A stretch of 40,585 bases of DNA, taken from Bacteroidota bacterium (GTDB taxonomy: Bacteria > Bacteroidota > Ignavibacteria > Ignavibacteriales > Ignavibacteriaceae). The notes below the pieces were generated by a model. The model was not told the origin of the DNA, searched no databases, and worked only from the letters and a program-made list of their open reading frames with translations. The stretch lies in assembly GCA_021778375.1 (NCBI GenBank), contig JAJYCM010000001.1:1-40585 (forward strand), read 5' to 3'. Shown here in pieces: positions 1 to 13,132 of this stretch (its first letter is position 1; the number at the start of each line of letters is the position of its first letter). Position numbers and translations under genes: made by a program.

Positions 1-369
1 GGCGCTATCGCGGACAGCTCTTTTTTCAACTTCAGTAACGCCGCTAGGAACAGCTACAACAATTCTTCTGCTTGTTATAGCGCCTGTCGCTTTTACACTC
101 TTAATAAAAGCGCGAATCATTCCTTCAGCAATTTCAAAATCGGCTATTACACCGTCTCGCATAGGGCGAGTAACTCTAATATCTTTATGCTCTCTACCCT
201 GCATTTCTTTTGCCTTATTTCCGAGCGCAATAATTCGCTTAGTGTTTTTATCGAAAGCTACTATAGACGGCTCGTTAAGTACAATGCCTTTTCCTTTAAC
301 ATAAATTAAAGTATTCGCCGTTCCAAGATCCATTGCTATATCAGCAGAAAAAAAATCAAATAAACCCAT
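1..369 (-). CDS. mreB: Rod shape-determining protein MreB, N-terminal 123 codons; the rest lies beyond the window start
   Basis: Not in the ORF track because it runs off the edge. Reverse-strand translation from the ATG at 369-367 reads MGLFDFFSADIAMDLGTANTLIYVKGKGIVLNEPSIVAFDKNTKRIIALGNKAKEMQGREHKDIRVTRPMRDGVIADFEIAEGMIRAFIK..., a canonical MreB N-terminus with the DLGTANT motif. A GAGGA sits in the 8-nt spacer after the purH stop. Confidence 0.9.
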   Translation of the reverse strand, partial: MGLFDFFSADIAMDLGTANTLIYVKGKGIVLNEPSIVAFDKNTKRIIALGNKAKEMQGREHKDIRVTRPMRDGVIADFEIAEGMIRAFIKSVKATGAITSRRIVVAVPSGVTEVEKRAVRDSA

Positions 370-377
370 AATTCCTC

Positions 378-1913
378 TTAATGTTTAAAGTGTCTAATTC
401 CTGTAAAAACCATTGATACATTTTTTCCATTTGCTGCTTCTATTACTTCGCTGTCTCTAACTGATCCACCGGGCTGTATAATAGAAGTTGCACCGTAATT
501 GATTATCTCAAGCAGAGTATCAGGAAATGGGAAAAAAGCATCGGAAGCCGCAACAGAACCGCTTAAATCAAGTCCGTGTTCTTTAGCTTTCATGAAAGCA
601 ATTTTTGCAGAATCGAGTCGCGACATTTGTCCCGCCCCTATGCCGAGAGTAGTTTTATCTTTCACAAAAACAATCGCGTTTGATTTGGTATGTTTTGCAA
701 CAGTCCACGCGAAAAACAAATCTTCTAATTCTTTTTCATCAGGTTTTTTTACAGTTGCAATTTTAATGTTTTTTCTATCTAATGTTTCATGATCCGAGTC
801 CTGAATAATTATACCACCTGGGATGTTCCTAAAAGATATTTTTTCTTCACTGACAGATTTTAACTGTTTTAATAATCTCCTATCTTTTTTCTTAGTTAAG
901 ATTTTAACTGCTTCATCTGTATAGCTTGGGGCACAAATAATTTCTAAGAATATTTCATTTAATTTTAAAGCAAGTTTTTCATCCACTTCCGTAGTAAATA
1001 TTACTATTCCGCCGAAGGCAGAAACAGGGTCGCACTTAAGCGCATTGCTATAAGCATCAAAAGGGGAATCGCTAATTGCTACGCCTGCAGGATTTTGATG
1101 TTTGACTATAATGCATGTACTGCCACCGGTAGGCATGTTTTCTCTCAGGTCTTCAGCTAATTCTACACCGGCTATTAAGTCTAAAATATTATTATAAGAA
1201 ATTTCTTTACCATGAAATACTTCGAAATATTCATTAAAGTTCCCGAACAAAGCACCATTCTGGTGAGGGTTTTCACCGTACCGTAATGTTTTTTCTTTTG
1301 GAAGATTTAGCCGGAAGTGAGTTGATGTTAATTCAAATTTCTTTTCTAAGAAATTAGCGATGTAAGTATCGTAATATGCAGTGTGGGAGAAGGCTTCTAC
1401 TGCAAGTTTTGTTCTTGTTTCAGCACTAATAGAACCGTTTTTTAATTCCTCTAAAAATGGATCATATTGTGATGGATTAGTAAGTATTGAAACAAATTTA
1501 TAATTCTTTGCTGAAGCGCGAATTAAGCTTGGTCCGCCGATATCTATGTTCTCAATTATTTCATCCAAATTGGATTTAGGGTTCGAGGCTGTTTTTATAA
1601 AAGGATAAAGATTAACACAAACAATATCTATCGGGGATATTCTATTTTCCTCCGCTTGAATTTTGTCTTTATCGTCATCGCGCCGGAAAAGTATCCCCCC
1701 AAATATTTTAGGATGCAATGTTTTTACTCTTCCGTCAAAAATTTCTGGGAATTCGGTAAAATTTGAAATCTCTGTAACCTCAACATTAGCTTGCGATAGT
1801 ATTTTAGCTGTATTACCTGTGGCTAAAATATGATAGTTAAAATCGTTAAGAGACTTGGCTAATTCAACAATATTTGTTTTATCCGAAACACTGATTAAAG
1901 CTAACTTTTTCAA
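378..1913 (-). CDS. purH: Bifunctional AICAR formyltransferase / IMP cyclohydrolase
   Basis: 511-aa ORF with an MGS-like N-terminal domain (ALISVSDKT, KTLHPKIFGGIL) followed by an AICARFT domain (GGPSLIRASAKN, C-terminal FFPFPD...GGSVRD). Confidence 0.95.
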   Translation of the reverse strand: MKKLALISVSDKTNIVELAKSLNDFNYHILATGNTAKILSQANVEVTEISNFTEFPEIFDGRVKTLHPKIFGGILFRRDDDKDKIQAEENRISPIDIVCVNLYPFIKTASNPKSNLDEIIENIDIGGPSLIRASAKNYKFVSILTNPSQYDPFLEELKNGSISAETRTKLAVEAFSHTAYYDTYIANFLEKKFELTSTHFRLNLPKEKTLRYGENPHQNGALFGNFNEYFEVFHGKEISYNNILDLIAGVELAEDLRENMPTGGSTCIIVKHQNPAGVAISDSPFDAYSNALKCDPVSAFGGIVIFTTEVDEKLALKLNEIFLEIICAPSYTDEAVKILTKKKDRRLLKQLKSVSEEKISFRNIPGGIIIQDSDHETLDRKNIKIATVKKPDEKELEDLFFAWTVAKHTKSNAIVFVKDKTTLGIGAGQMSRLDSAKIAFMKAKEHGLDLSGSVAASDAFFPFPDTLLEIINYGATSIIQPGGSVRDSEVIEAANGKNVSMVFTGIRHFKH

Positions 1914-1953
1914 TTAAAAATCCTAATAAGAAAAATTATTTTTTATTTTTATT

Positions 1954-2571
1954 TTAATTAATTATAACTCTTTTTCCGACAATCTTAATTTTTCCTTCTG
2001 CGAACTTATTTAGAACAAAAGGAAGAATTTCATGCTCAATATTTAGAACTCTATCTGCTATTTCTTCTGGTGATTTTACATCCGAAATATCGATACATCT
2101 TTGCATTATAATTTTTCCAGTGTCGTATGTTTCATCAACAAAGTGAACTGTTGCTCCGGAAACTTTTGCTGATGATTCAAAAACAGCTTTATGAACATTT
2201 ATCCCATACATTCCCTTACCGCCGAATGACGGTAATAAAGCGGGATGAATATTAATAATTTTACCTTTGTAAAAACTTAAAAAATTATTTGGAATTAATT
2301 TTAAATAGCCCGCAAGAACTATAAGCTCAACTTCTAGCGATTGCAATGACTCTCTGAGTTCTTCATAATTCATAAAGCCGATTTTATTCCCGACGCTAAA
2401 AGTCAATATGGAGAATTTCTGTGCGATTGAAAAAGCAGGACAATCTATTTTATCGCTAACAACAGCTTTAACCTCAATATTTTCCTGAATATCGCGACTG
2501 TCTAAAATAGCTTTTAAATTTGAACCACGGCCTGAAACAAAAACGGCAATTCTCAAAATAAATATACCCAA
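1954..2571 (-). CDS. purN: Phosphoribosylglycinamide formyltransferase
   Basis: Motifs VFVSGRGSNLKAIL, NIHPALLPSFGG and TVHFVDETYDTGKII. The ORF-track start at 2571 is TTG. A second in-frame TTG at 2556 would give MRIAVFVSG, a more typical PurN N-terminus. Confidence 0.9.
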   Translation of the reverse strand: MGIFILRIAVFVSGRGSNLKAILDSRDIQENIEVKAVVSDKIDCPAFSIAQKFSILTFSVGNKIGFMNYEELRESLQSLEVELIVLAGYLKLIPNNFLSFYKGKIINIHPALLPSFGGKGMYGINVHKAVFESSAKVSGATVHFVDETYDTGKIIMQRCIDISDVKSPEEIADRVLNIEHEILPFVLNKFAEGKIKIVGKRVIIN

Positions 2572-2582
2572 AAAGGTGACAA

Positions 2583-2611
2583 AAATTAGCTAAATGCAAA
2601 AATATTGTCAA
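2583..2611 (-). promoter_or_regulatory. Candidate sigma70-type promoter for purN-purH-mreB
   Basis: Minus strand reads TTGACA (2611-2606), a 17-nt spacer, then TAATTT (2588-2583), just upstream of purN. This is a consensus match only, and promoter rules for this lineage are uncertain. Confidence 0.3.
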
Positions 2612-2647
2612 TGAAAGTCTACTATATTTAAGAGCTAGTTTATATTT

Positions 2648-5864
<3,217 letters not shown>

Positions 5865-5876
5865 TTATTTGTTAAA

Positions 5877-7154
5877 CTATGAAATAAATTCTTTTACAAA
5901 ATAGGTGGTGACCGATTTTGGTCTAATGATCGGGGCGTTCATAGCTCTATTAATTACTGCTTGAGCGGTTAATCCTAAGCTTCGGGAAACAGCAAAAACA
6001 ACCGTATAATATGAAAATTCTTTCAATCCATAATGATAAAGCATCGAGCCGGAAGCTGCATCTACATTTGGCCATGGATTTTTTATCTTTTCTATTTTTT
6101 TCAATTCTTCTGGGACAACTTCATATAGTCTTGCTACGGTTATAAAAAGCGGGTCATCTGGAAAATGATTTTTACCAAACTGTAAAAAGCCTTCAAATCT
6201 TGGGTCGGTAACTCTTAAAACTGCATGACCGTATCCCGGGATTACCTTTCCCGAATTTAATGTATCCCAAACAATTTCTTTTAGTTGTTCTTTTGACGGA
6301 GCGTCTCCATATTTTTGCATTATCTCAAGAATCCATTTTAAACATTCTTGATTTGCCAAACCATGAAGAGGCCCGGCTAAACCATCAAAGCCACCGGACA
6401 ATGAATAATAAATATCGGATAAAGCAGAATTTATTGTGAGATTAGTCAAAGCGCTAACATTGCCACCTTCATGGTCACAGTGAGCAACCAAATAAAGTCT
6501 CATAAGATCATTAAATTCTTCTTTCTTACTTTTATCTAAGCCTAACATGTGGACATAATCGCCAGTTAAATCCATTGCAGGGTCAGGCAGAATAATCTCA
6601 CCTTTGTTAAAACGCATTCTATAAATCCCCGCAGCAATTGCCGGAAGTTTTGCTACAAGATTTAGCGCATCTTCCAAAGTTGCTTTCCAATAATCTTCTT
6701 TTCGCATTCCATCATCATATCTATGTGCAAAAACTGACTCCTTTTGTAAAACCAGTATTGCAGTGTTTAGCATGGTCATCGGGTGAGAATCTTTTGGCAT
6801 GCTTCTTAAAACATCCCAAATATATTGAGGAACATTTTTTCTACTTCTTATTTCAGACGAAAAATCAGCAAGTTGATTTTTATCGGGAAGCTCTGAAGTC
6901 AGAAGGAGAAAGAATATTTCTTCAGGTGTTTTATCCAATAATTTCTTCAGTGGAATTTCCCGAATGATTAAACCTTGGTCCTGCGGAACTCTTGAAGTAT
7001 CACAAATTAAAGAAGCTACACCGCGCATTCCGCCGTAAGCCTGTGCCACAGTTACTTGAGATAATATTTTTGCACCACCTTTTTCAATAATCGCGCTTTC
7101 TTCTTTTCTCCACTCGACTATTTTTTTAGAGAGTATATCAAAAATTATAGACAT
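5877..7154 (-). CDS. gltA: Citrate synthase
   Basis: 425 aa with motifs GGMRG, HCDHEGGNVSA and GYGHAVLRVTDPRF, the catalytic His/Asp context of citrate synthases. Confidence 0.93.
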   Translation of the reverse strand: MSIIFDILSKKIVEWRKEESAIIEKGGAKILSQVTVAQAYGGMRGVASLICDTSRVPQDQGLIIREIPLKKLLDKTPEEIFFLLLTSELPDKNQLADFSSEIRSRKNVPQYIWDVLRSMPKDSHPMTMLNTAILVLQKESVFAHRYDDGMRKEDYWKATLEDALNLVAKLPAIAAGIYRMRFNKGEIILPDPAMDLTGDYVHMLGLDKSKKEEFNDLMRLYLVAHCDHEGGNVSALTNLTINSALSDIYYSLSGGFDGLAGPLHGLANQECLKWILEIMQKYGDAPSKEQLKEIVWDTLNSGKVIPGYGHAVLRVTDPRFEGFLQFGKNHFPDDPLFITVARLYEVVPEELKKIEKIKNPWPNVDAASGSMLYHYGLKEFSYYTVVFAVSRSLGLTAQAVINRAMNAPIIRPKSVTTYFVKEFIS

Positions 7155-7466
7155 TCAACGTACCTTTTATACTTTATTTAACAGAAGGGATTTAAAATTA
7201 TTGGGCTCAAAGTTAGTTGATTTTTACTTCTTATTCAATAATTTATTCACCTAAAATTGATTATATTATTTAAATAATATACCAATCACAAATTTATGCT
7301 TTTATGAAAAATAAAAAATAATTGCGTGTGAAACGTCTATAGAATGAATTTTAGAATGCACTTGAAAAAATAGGTTATTGACTAAAAGATGAGTTTTAAC
7401 TAAGGTAACAAAATAATAATTTTATATTATGTTTTATTTCAAACATTAAACAAATGAAAAATATCC

Positions 7467-9068
7467 TTGTCTAATACGAAAATAGCGGAAGATTACAATT
7501 TGATAACTAATTTGAAGCAAAAAGTATTTCTAATTTCTCTTTTATCATTACTCTTGACAACGATAATGCTTGGACAGGATACAACAGTCAGTTTGGCTTT
7601 TAAGAATAATCGGCCTCAAAGATGGCCAATCCTGTTGTATCGTCCTGATTTATCCTATCAGCTTTGGCAGCAGTTTAAGCTAATCCAGGATGCAAATGCA
7701 GGTGATGCTCTGGCAGAGCATGAGCTTGGAATTAGATATTTAACTGGTCAAGGATTTCCTAATGATACAACACTTAGCGCTTATTGGATTGGAAAAGCAG
7801 CAAAACAAAAATTAACCGGAGCTTGTTATAATTACGGAATTCTTTTAACTAACGGTTGGGGAATTTCATGGAATCCTTTTAAGGCTTTTAATTATTTTGT
7901 TGAAGCTGCAAATGATGATATGCCTCAAGCAGAGTATATAGTAGGCCTAAGTTACACGGACAATCTTGTAGTAAAACGAGATTGGTCAAAAGCATATTTC
8001 TGGCTAAAGAAAGCCGCCGCTAATGGATTCGTTCCAGCAAAAGAAGCTTTGACTGAATTGCTTAAAAGAATTTCCCTTTCTTCAATTGACACGGCTAACT
8101 CCCAGGTTAAGGTTGAAAGCAATAAGTTTAAAAAAGAAAATTCTAATGATAAAGTCTTAGCTTCTTCGACGGGTCTTGTATTTATAGATTTTGCTTCTCT
8201 AAAAGATACTATGCAAACTATTTCAGACCGAATGATTTTGGATGATATACTGCATGAAGGAAACGATAGTCTAGCAAAAGCTTTGAATATAAGCTACCAA
8301 AATGATTCAACTTTTAAGTTCGATTCAATAAGTTTAAAACTATTAAAAAACTTTGCAGAGAACGGCAGCCCGGAGGCGCTTACATTGCTGGGCAAGCTAT
8401 ATATGGAAGGAATTTATTTCAAAAGGGATTTAATAAAATCAGCAGAATATTACATTCGCGCTGCTAGACTTGATTCTCCGCGTGCACCGATTTTACTTTG
8501 GGATGAAATTAATAAAAATAATTTTTTAACTGTATTGAAAAATCGAGTAGATAAAAATGACCCCCGTGCCATGTACGTTTGGTACGGTTTATTTACTTTA
8601 GAATTTAATAATCAAATAACGGACAAGGATGCAGCAAATTTTTTAATCAAAGCCTCCGCCTTAAAATTTATTCCGGCGATTAATGAATTAGGTCTAAACT
8701 TTTATACAGGCAAAATATTTCCGGTTGATAAACCCAAGGCACTAAATATTTGGAAAGAAGCGGCGGGGTTAGGCAGCAAAGAAGCGGAACTGCGGTTGAT
8801 CATAAATAATCTTTATAATGGAAATATAGTAGGCGAAGATTCGCTTTACATTGATTCATTAAAAGATTTTATTTCGGAAGGTTCTGTGCTGGCACAAGCC
8901 AGTCTAGGTTACTGTTATGAAAATGGAATCGCAGTAAATAAAAATTTAGGATTAGCAGCGAAGTACTTGCGTTTTGCTGCACAACGCGGTAGCATGTATG
9001 CTTACAATGAAATAAAAAAGATGTACGATGAAATTAGGCCAAAAGGTAATGAGTTCAATCTTAATTAA
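7467..9068 (+). CDS. Sel1-like repeat (SLR) protein, secreted
   Basis: Repeated Sel1 signature: A..W..KAA.QG...A...LG..Y..G.G. It recurs many times (AEHELGIRYLTGQGF, AQASLGYCYENGIAVNKNLGLAAKYLRFAAQRG and others). There is no in-frame ATG before the signal peptide. Start candidates are TTG at 7467 or TTG at 7512, which gives MKQKVFLISLLSLLLTT. Confidence 0.75.
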   Translation: MSNTKIAEDYNLITNLKQKVFLISLLSLLLTTIMLGQDTTVSLAFKNNRPQRWPILLYRPDLSYQLWQQFKLIQDANAGDALAEHELGIRYLTGQGFPNDTTLSAYWIGKAAKQKLTGACYNYGILLTNGWGISWNPFKAFNYFVEAANDDMPQAEYIVGLSYTDNLVVKRDWSKAYFWLKKAAANGFVPAKEALTELLKRISLSSIDTANSQVKVESNKFKKENSNDKVLASSTGLVFIDFASLKDTMQTISDRMILDDILHEGNDSLAKALNISYQNDSTFKFDSISLKLLKNFAENGSPEALTLLGKLYMEGIYFKRDLIKSAEYYIRAARLDSPRAPILLWDEINKNNFLTVLKNRVDKNDPRAMYVWYGLFTLEFNNQITDKDAANFLIKASALKFIPAINELGLNFYTGKIFPVDKPKALNIWKEAAGLGSKEAELRLIINNLYNGNIVGEDSLYIDSLKDFISEGSVLAQASLGYCYENGIAVNKNLGLAAKYLRFAAQRGSMYAYNEIKKMYDEIRPKGNEFNLN

Positions 9069-9083
9069 TATTAGAGATAAACA

Positions 9084-10175
9084 TTGGCAAACTTCAACCG
9101 GATACAAAGACTATTTCAATTTTATACAAGCGATTTAAGCATTAAAGAAATCGAGAAGCTGGTAAAGCGCGATATACCAGAGCTTTATGATTTTTATGCA
9201 AGCCGTATGAAACAGTCAGAGAAGCCAAAGAATTCCATATCGGGACTCATCCATTTCCTAAAAAATCTTTTCTTTGAGTTTTTAAATCTGCTCACACCAA
9301 TAAGAAGAATAATATACTCAGTCGCATTAATATTTTTTGTAATTGCAATTATTAATAATAATTGGAATTTAATAATTTATTCCTTTCTTCTTTTGAACCT
9401 TTTAATAGCATTTGAACTTGCAGATAAATTAACAGCTAAAAATGAACTCGCAGTTGCCCGTGAGATTCAGAAAAGTTTGATGCCGCAAAGTCCTCCCAAA
9501 AATAGTTATTTTGAAATCAGCGCTTGCTACGAACCGGCAAAGGAAGTGGGCGGAGATTATTATGATTTTATAAACTATGACTCAGCGCCTGACAAAATAT
9601 TTATAGCGATCGGAGATATTTCTGGCAAAGGGATGGCAGCGGCAATTTATATGGTTCAGGTACAGGCAATTTTACGCAATATTGCGGGCGAATGTACAAC
9701 GCCAAAAACTATTTTGACCAATTTAAATAAGAGCTTAAAAAATATTTTACAAAAAGGTTCATTTTTTACAATAAGCCTTGCTTCAATGAATTCAAACGGG
9801 ACACTTCATCTTTGCCGAGCAGGACATTTACCATTGCTTTATTTCAGAAATAAATCAAACGATTGCGTGAATATCATTCCGAGTGGAATCGGAATTGGTT
9901 TGACACAAAGTGATATATTTGTAAACTCTCTTGAACAAATTGAGATTAAAGCAGAACGAGGAGATATTTTAGTTTTTTTTACAGATGGAGTAGTAGAATC
10001 GATGGATGGAAGTCTGCATGAATACGGAATAGATAGGTTAAAAAATATCATAATGCAAAATTCGCAAAAAACCGCAATAGAAATTCAGCAAGCAATTTTG
10101 GACAGCGTAAGCTTATTTCAAGATATACATCCCGCTAATGATGATCTTACAATGATAATATTGAAAGCAATTTAG
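9084..10175 (+). CDS. Membrane-anchored SpoIIE/PP2C-family serine phosphatase (RsbU-like)
   Basis: Two hydrophobic helices (IIYSVALIFFVIAII, LIIYSFLLLNLLIAF) followed by PP2C/SpoIIE motifs REIQKSLMP, GGDYYDF, GDISGKGMAAA and FTDGVVES. TTG start, 15 nt after the Sel1 gene. Confidence 0.8.
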   Translation: MANFNRIQRLFQFYTSDLSIKEIEKLVKRDIPELYDFYASRMKQSEKPKNSISGLIHFLKNLFFEFLNLLTPIRRIIYSVALIFFVIAIINNNWNLIIYSFLLLNLLIAFELADKLTAKNELAVAREIQKSLMPQSPPKNSYFEISACYEPAKEVGGDYYDFINYDSAPDKIFIAIGDISGKGMAAAIYMVQVQAILRNIAGECTTPKTILTNLNKSLKNILQKGSFFTISLASMNSNGTLHLCRAGHLPLLYFRNKSNDCVNIIPSGIGIGLTQSDIFVNSLEQIEIKAERGDILVFFTDGVVESMDGSLHEYGIDRLKNIIMQNSQKTAIEIQQAILDSVSLFQDIHPANDDLTMIILKAI

Positions 10176-10183
10176 AATATTTC

Positions 10184-11443
10184 TTATAAACTCGATTTAA
10201 TCTCCTTACCGTTTGTAACTTTAGGAACTTCAACTTTTTGAAGGATAATTAACCCCGCAAAAAAGAACAATCCGATGGCAAGCACAGCAAACCGTTGATT
10301 AGAAACATTAGCGACAATACCGTAGACAAGAGGTCCTATAACAGCAGAGGACTTTCCGAACAAACCATCATAAAACCCGAAGAACTCGGCTTCCCTTTCC
10401 TTAGGAGTAAGAAGCGCCATTAAACTTCTGCTGCAAGATTGTGAAGAGCCGATGGAAAGCCCAGCCAGCAAGCCTACAACATAAAAACCAGCGATTGAAT
10501 TATCGAAATAAGCGCCTGCAATTACAAAAAGCCAGATAACCAACGTTATAGAAATAGTTTTTTTGGGGCCTATATGGTCTGAAATTATACCAAAAATAAA
10601 TGCTCCCAAAATGGCAGTACTTTGAACAATAATGAAAAAATAGATTATCTGAGCATCGGTCATTTTTAAAATACCCGAAGCAAAAATTGAAGCAAATGCA
10701 ATGATCGTAATGATGGCATCATTATACAAGAAAAAAGCTAAAAGAAATCCTGAAACAGATGGATATTTATTGTGAAAGAAAATAGCTTTAAAGGTATCGG
10801 CACTTTTTCGAATTCCATTTCTAATTATACCTTTTCTTAATCTACCTTCGACATTCGGTTCGCTAATAAACAGAAAGAGAGGAATTGAAAATATTAGAAA
10901 GAAAAGAGCGGCAACGACGAAGGATAGACGGATATAAAAATAATAGTCAGAAGAACTTTGCTGTGGTAGTAATAGTTCTATAATTAAAAGCACAGAAAGC
11001 GCACCGACATAGCCCATCGCAAAACCATAGCCGGAAACTCGTCCAAAATTTTTTTTCTCAGTGATATTGGGAAGAAAAGCATCGTAAAAGACCACTCCCC
11101 CTTCATATCCGATGTTAGCAAGAATAAAAAGGACCATTCCTAAGATAATATCGCCTTTTTGAACGTTAAACATAAGTGCTGTGCACAAAATTGTTACAGA
11201 TGAAAAGATTAGAAGAAATCTTTTTCTATTTCGCGAGACATCTGCGATAGCTCCAAGTGGTGGGCTAAGAAAAGCAGTAATTATCATTGAAATGCTGACA
11301 GATAAACCCCAGAGCCAGACTTTACCGTCTGCAACATAATTAGAAAAATATTTTGAATAGATAACGGTAATGACGATAACCGAAAAAGAAGTTCTGGCAA
11401 AGTCGAACAATGTCCAGAAAAATATTCTAGATTTATTTTTCAT
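10184..11443 (-). CDS. MFS transporter (UMF1/Atg22-like type)
   Basis: 419 aa with about 12 hydrophobic spans. The N-terminus FFWTLFDFARTSFSVIV is typical of the UMF1 MFS subfamily. Confidence 0.8.
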   Translation of the reverse strand: MKNKSRIFFWTLFDFARTSFSVIVITVIYSKYFSNYVADGKVWLWGLSVSISMIITAFLSPPLGAIADVSRNRKRFLLIFSSVTILCTALMFNVQKGDIILGMVLFILANIGYEGGVVFYDAFLPNITEKKNFGRVSGYGFAMGYVGALSVLLIIELLLPQQSSSDYYFYIRLSFVVAALFFLIFSIPLFLFISEPNVEGRLRKGIIRNGIRKSADTFKAIFFHNKYPSVSGFLLAFFLYNDAIITIIAFASIFASGILKMTDAQIIYFFIIVQSTAILGAFIFGIISDHIGPKKTISITLVIWLFVIAGAYFDNSIAGFYVVGLLAGLSIGSSQSCSRSLMALLTPKEREAEFFGFYDGLFGKSSAVIGPLVYGIVANVSNQRFAVLAIGLFFFAGLIILQKVEVPKVTNGKEIKSSL

Positions 11444-11446
11444 GGA

Positions 11447-11929
11447 TCATTTTTGAGGTGGTGCTTTCGAAATAGTTTCTTCCATTAATCCGCGGCCGGA
11501 TTTGTCCAATTTCCCTGAATCTTTTAACTCAGATAAAACTGCATCTAAAATTCCATTGATGAATTTTCCGCTTCCTGCGGTGCTGTATATTTTTGCAATT
11601 TCAATTTCTTCATTGATAGACACTTTCGGAGGAATGTCCGGAAAATATAGCAGTTCGCAAATTCCCATTTGCAAAAGTATCTTATCGATAAGCGCAATCC
11701 TGTTTAACTCCCAATTATCAACACGTTGCTTTATCATCTTTTCAAGTTCATCTTTATGAATTAGTACACGATTTACAAGATCATTTGCAAAATCTCTATC
11801 TGATTTATCTGAAACATCTGAAAGCACTCCGTTCACCAAGCTTTCAAGCGATTCCTTATTCATAGAATAAGCATATAGTATTTGAAGGACTCTTTCCCTG
11901 ACCAAACGTCTTTTAAAACTTTGAGACAT
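11447..11929 (-). CDS. nusB: Transcription antitermination factor NusB
   Basis: 160 aa, with RRLVRERVLQILY near the N-terminus and the conserved EIEIAKIYSTAGSGKFINGILD block. Confidence 0.9.
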   Translation of the reverse strand: MSQSFKRRLVRERVLQILYAYSMNKESLESLVNGVLSDVSDKSDRDFANDLVNRVLIHKDELEKMIKQRVDNWELNRIALIDKILLQMGICELLYFPDIPPKVSINEEIEIAKIYSTAGSGKFINGILDAVLSELKDSGKLDKSGRGLMEETISKAPPQK

Positions 11930-12004
11930 ATTTTAATTCAATATTTTTATCAAAACTTAACTGATTGAAAATCCTATGCGTAAATTTATAATTAAATCTG
12001 CTTT

Positions 12005-12036
12005 ATAAAAACCTGCCTGTCCGGTAACAGACAGGT
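12005..12036 (-). terminator. Intrinsic terminator after the nnr/DUF218 operon
   Basis: The minus strand reads ACCTGTCTGT-taccgg-ACAGGCAGGT. This is a 10-bp stem including one G.U, with a 6-nt loop, followed directly by TTTTTAT. It lies 17 nt after the DUF218 stop at 12053. Confidence 0.6.
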
Positions 12037-12052
12037 CGCAATTAACTTTTTG

Positions 12053-13096
12053 TTAAAGAGCAAATAGCCAAAATACAGTTAAAGCAATGCTTTCCCTCAA
12101 CTTGTAGTATAGTTTATGCTCAGTACTTAAATCCAAGTCAGAAGCTGAGACATAAGTTTTTATGTGAAAATATTTGCATATTTCTTTAACACGGGTTAAA
12201 TGATAACCGTCCGAAACTATAACAATATGATTTATGTTCTTCTTTACAAGCAAACTATCTTTTATAAATTTGATTTGTTCAAGTGTCGATGCTGTTTTTT
12301 TTTCAAGCCAAAGATCACGAAGATTAATATTTTGAGGCTTTATATAATCAAAAGCAACCTCTGCTTCGCTTAATTCGCCGGGAGCATTTCCTCCGGTAAA
12401 TTGAATTTTATTTATAATACCTTTTTTATACAATTCAACGGCTTTATCGACTCTTGCAGCAAGGCTTGGGCTAACAGAATTATGTGACCAAACTGCAGCC
12501 CCTAAAACTACAGCAACATTTGTCTGATTTCTCTTAAAAGGAAATTTTTCATTTCTACCCAAGCTTAAATGGATATAAAAAAAAGCAAATGCCAACAAAA
12601 CAAAGACCAACACAAACGAATTAATAAAGGCCCTAAGGAATATCAGTTCTTTTGCGCCAAATATTATCTGCCAAATGAACATTATTTGAAGAAAGATAAA
12701 AAATTGATAAATGGAGAACAAAACTCCAATGATAACTTTCTTAAAGGGATGGTCTAAAACATAAATATTTGGTAGAGGTAAATTAATTCTTGTGCTAAGA
12801 AATGCAAGCAATAAAATAGCAGAAGTAATGATTGTATAAGTCATTAATATCTTGGGCTTATAACTTTTACCTTTTTGAAAAGAATAAATTATTAGAGCAA
12901 GAATCAGTAATGATGAAAATAGAAGATCAAGTAGATTTCCAATGTACATTAGCCTGAAATCTTTTAACGGTAAATCCTGATTATTATATTTAATGAAAAA
13001 AAGAAAAAGTAAATCCGCAACAGTAAAAAGGATCGCTAAAGTGATGACGAAACTTTTACTAAATAATATTTTTCTTTTTACATGCATTGCGATCAA
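12053..13096 (-). CDS. DUF218 (YdcF/ElyC/SanA-like) domain protein with a polytopic N-terminal membrane region
   Basis: About 6 hydrophobic helices, then a DUF218 core: VAVVLGAAVW, RVDKAVELYKKG, QFTGG and IVIVSDGYHLTRV. Confidence 0.75.
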   Translation of the reverse strand: MIAMHVKRKILFSKSFVITLAILFTVADLLFLFFIKYNNQDLPLKDFRLMYIGNLLDLLFSSLLILALIIYSFQKGKSYKPKILMTYTIITSAILLLAFLSTRINLPLPNIYVLDHPFKKVIIGVLFSIYQFFIFLQIMFIWQIIFGAKELIFLRAFINSFVLVFVLLAFAFFYIHLSLGRNEKFPFKRNQTNVAVVLGAAVWSHNSVSPSLAARVDKAVELYKKGIINKIQFTGGNAPGELSEAEVAFDYIKPQNINLRDLWLEKKTASTLEQIKFIKDSLLVKKNINHIVIVSDGYHLTRVKEICKYFHIKTYVSASDLDLSTEHKLYYKLRESIALTVFWLFAL

Positions 13097-13132
13097 CTGG
13101 ATTTAATTCAATCTTGTTTGTACCCGGGAGAT

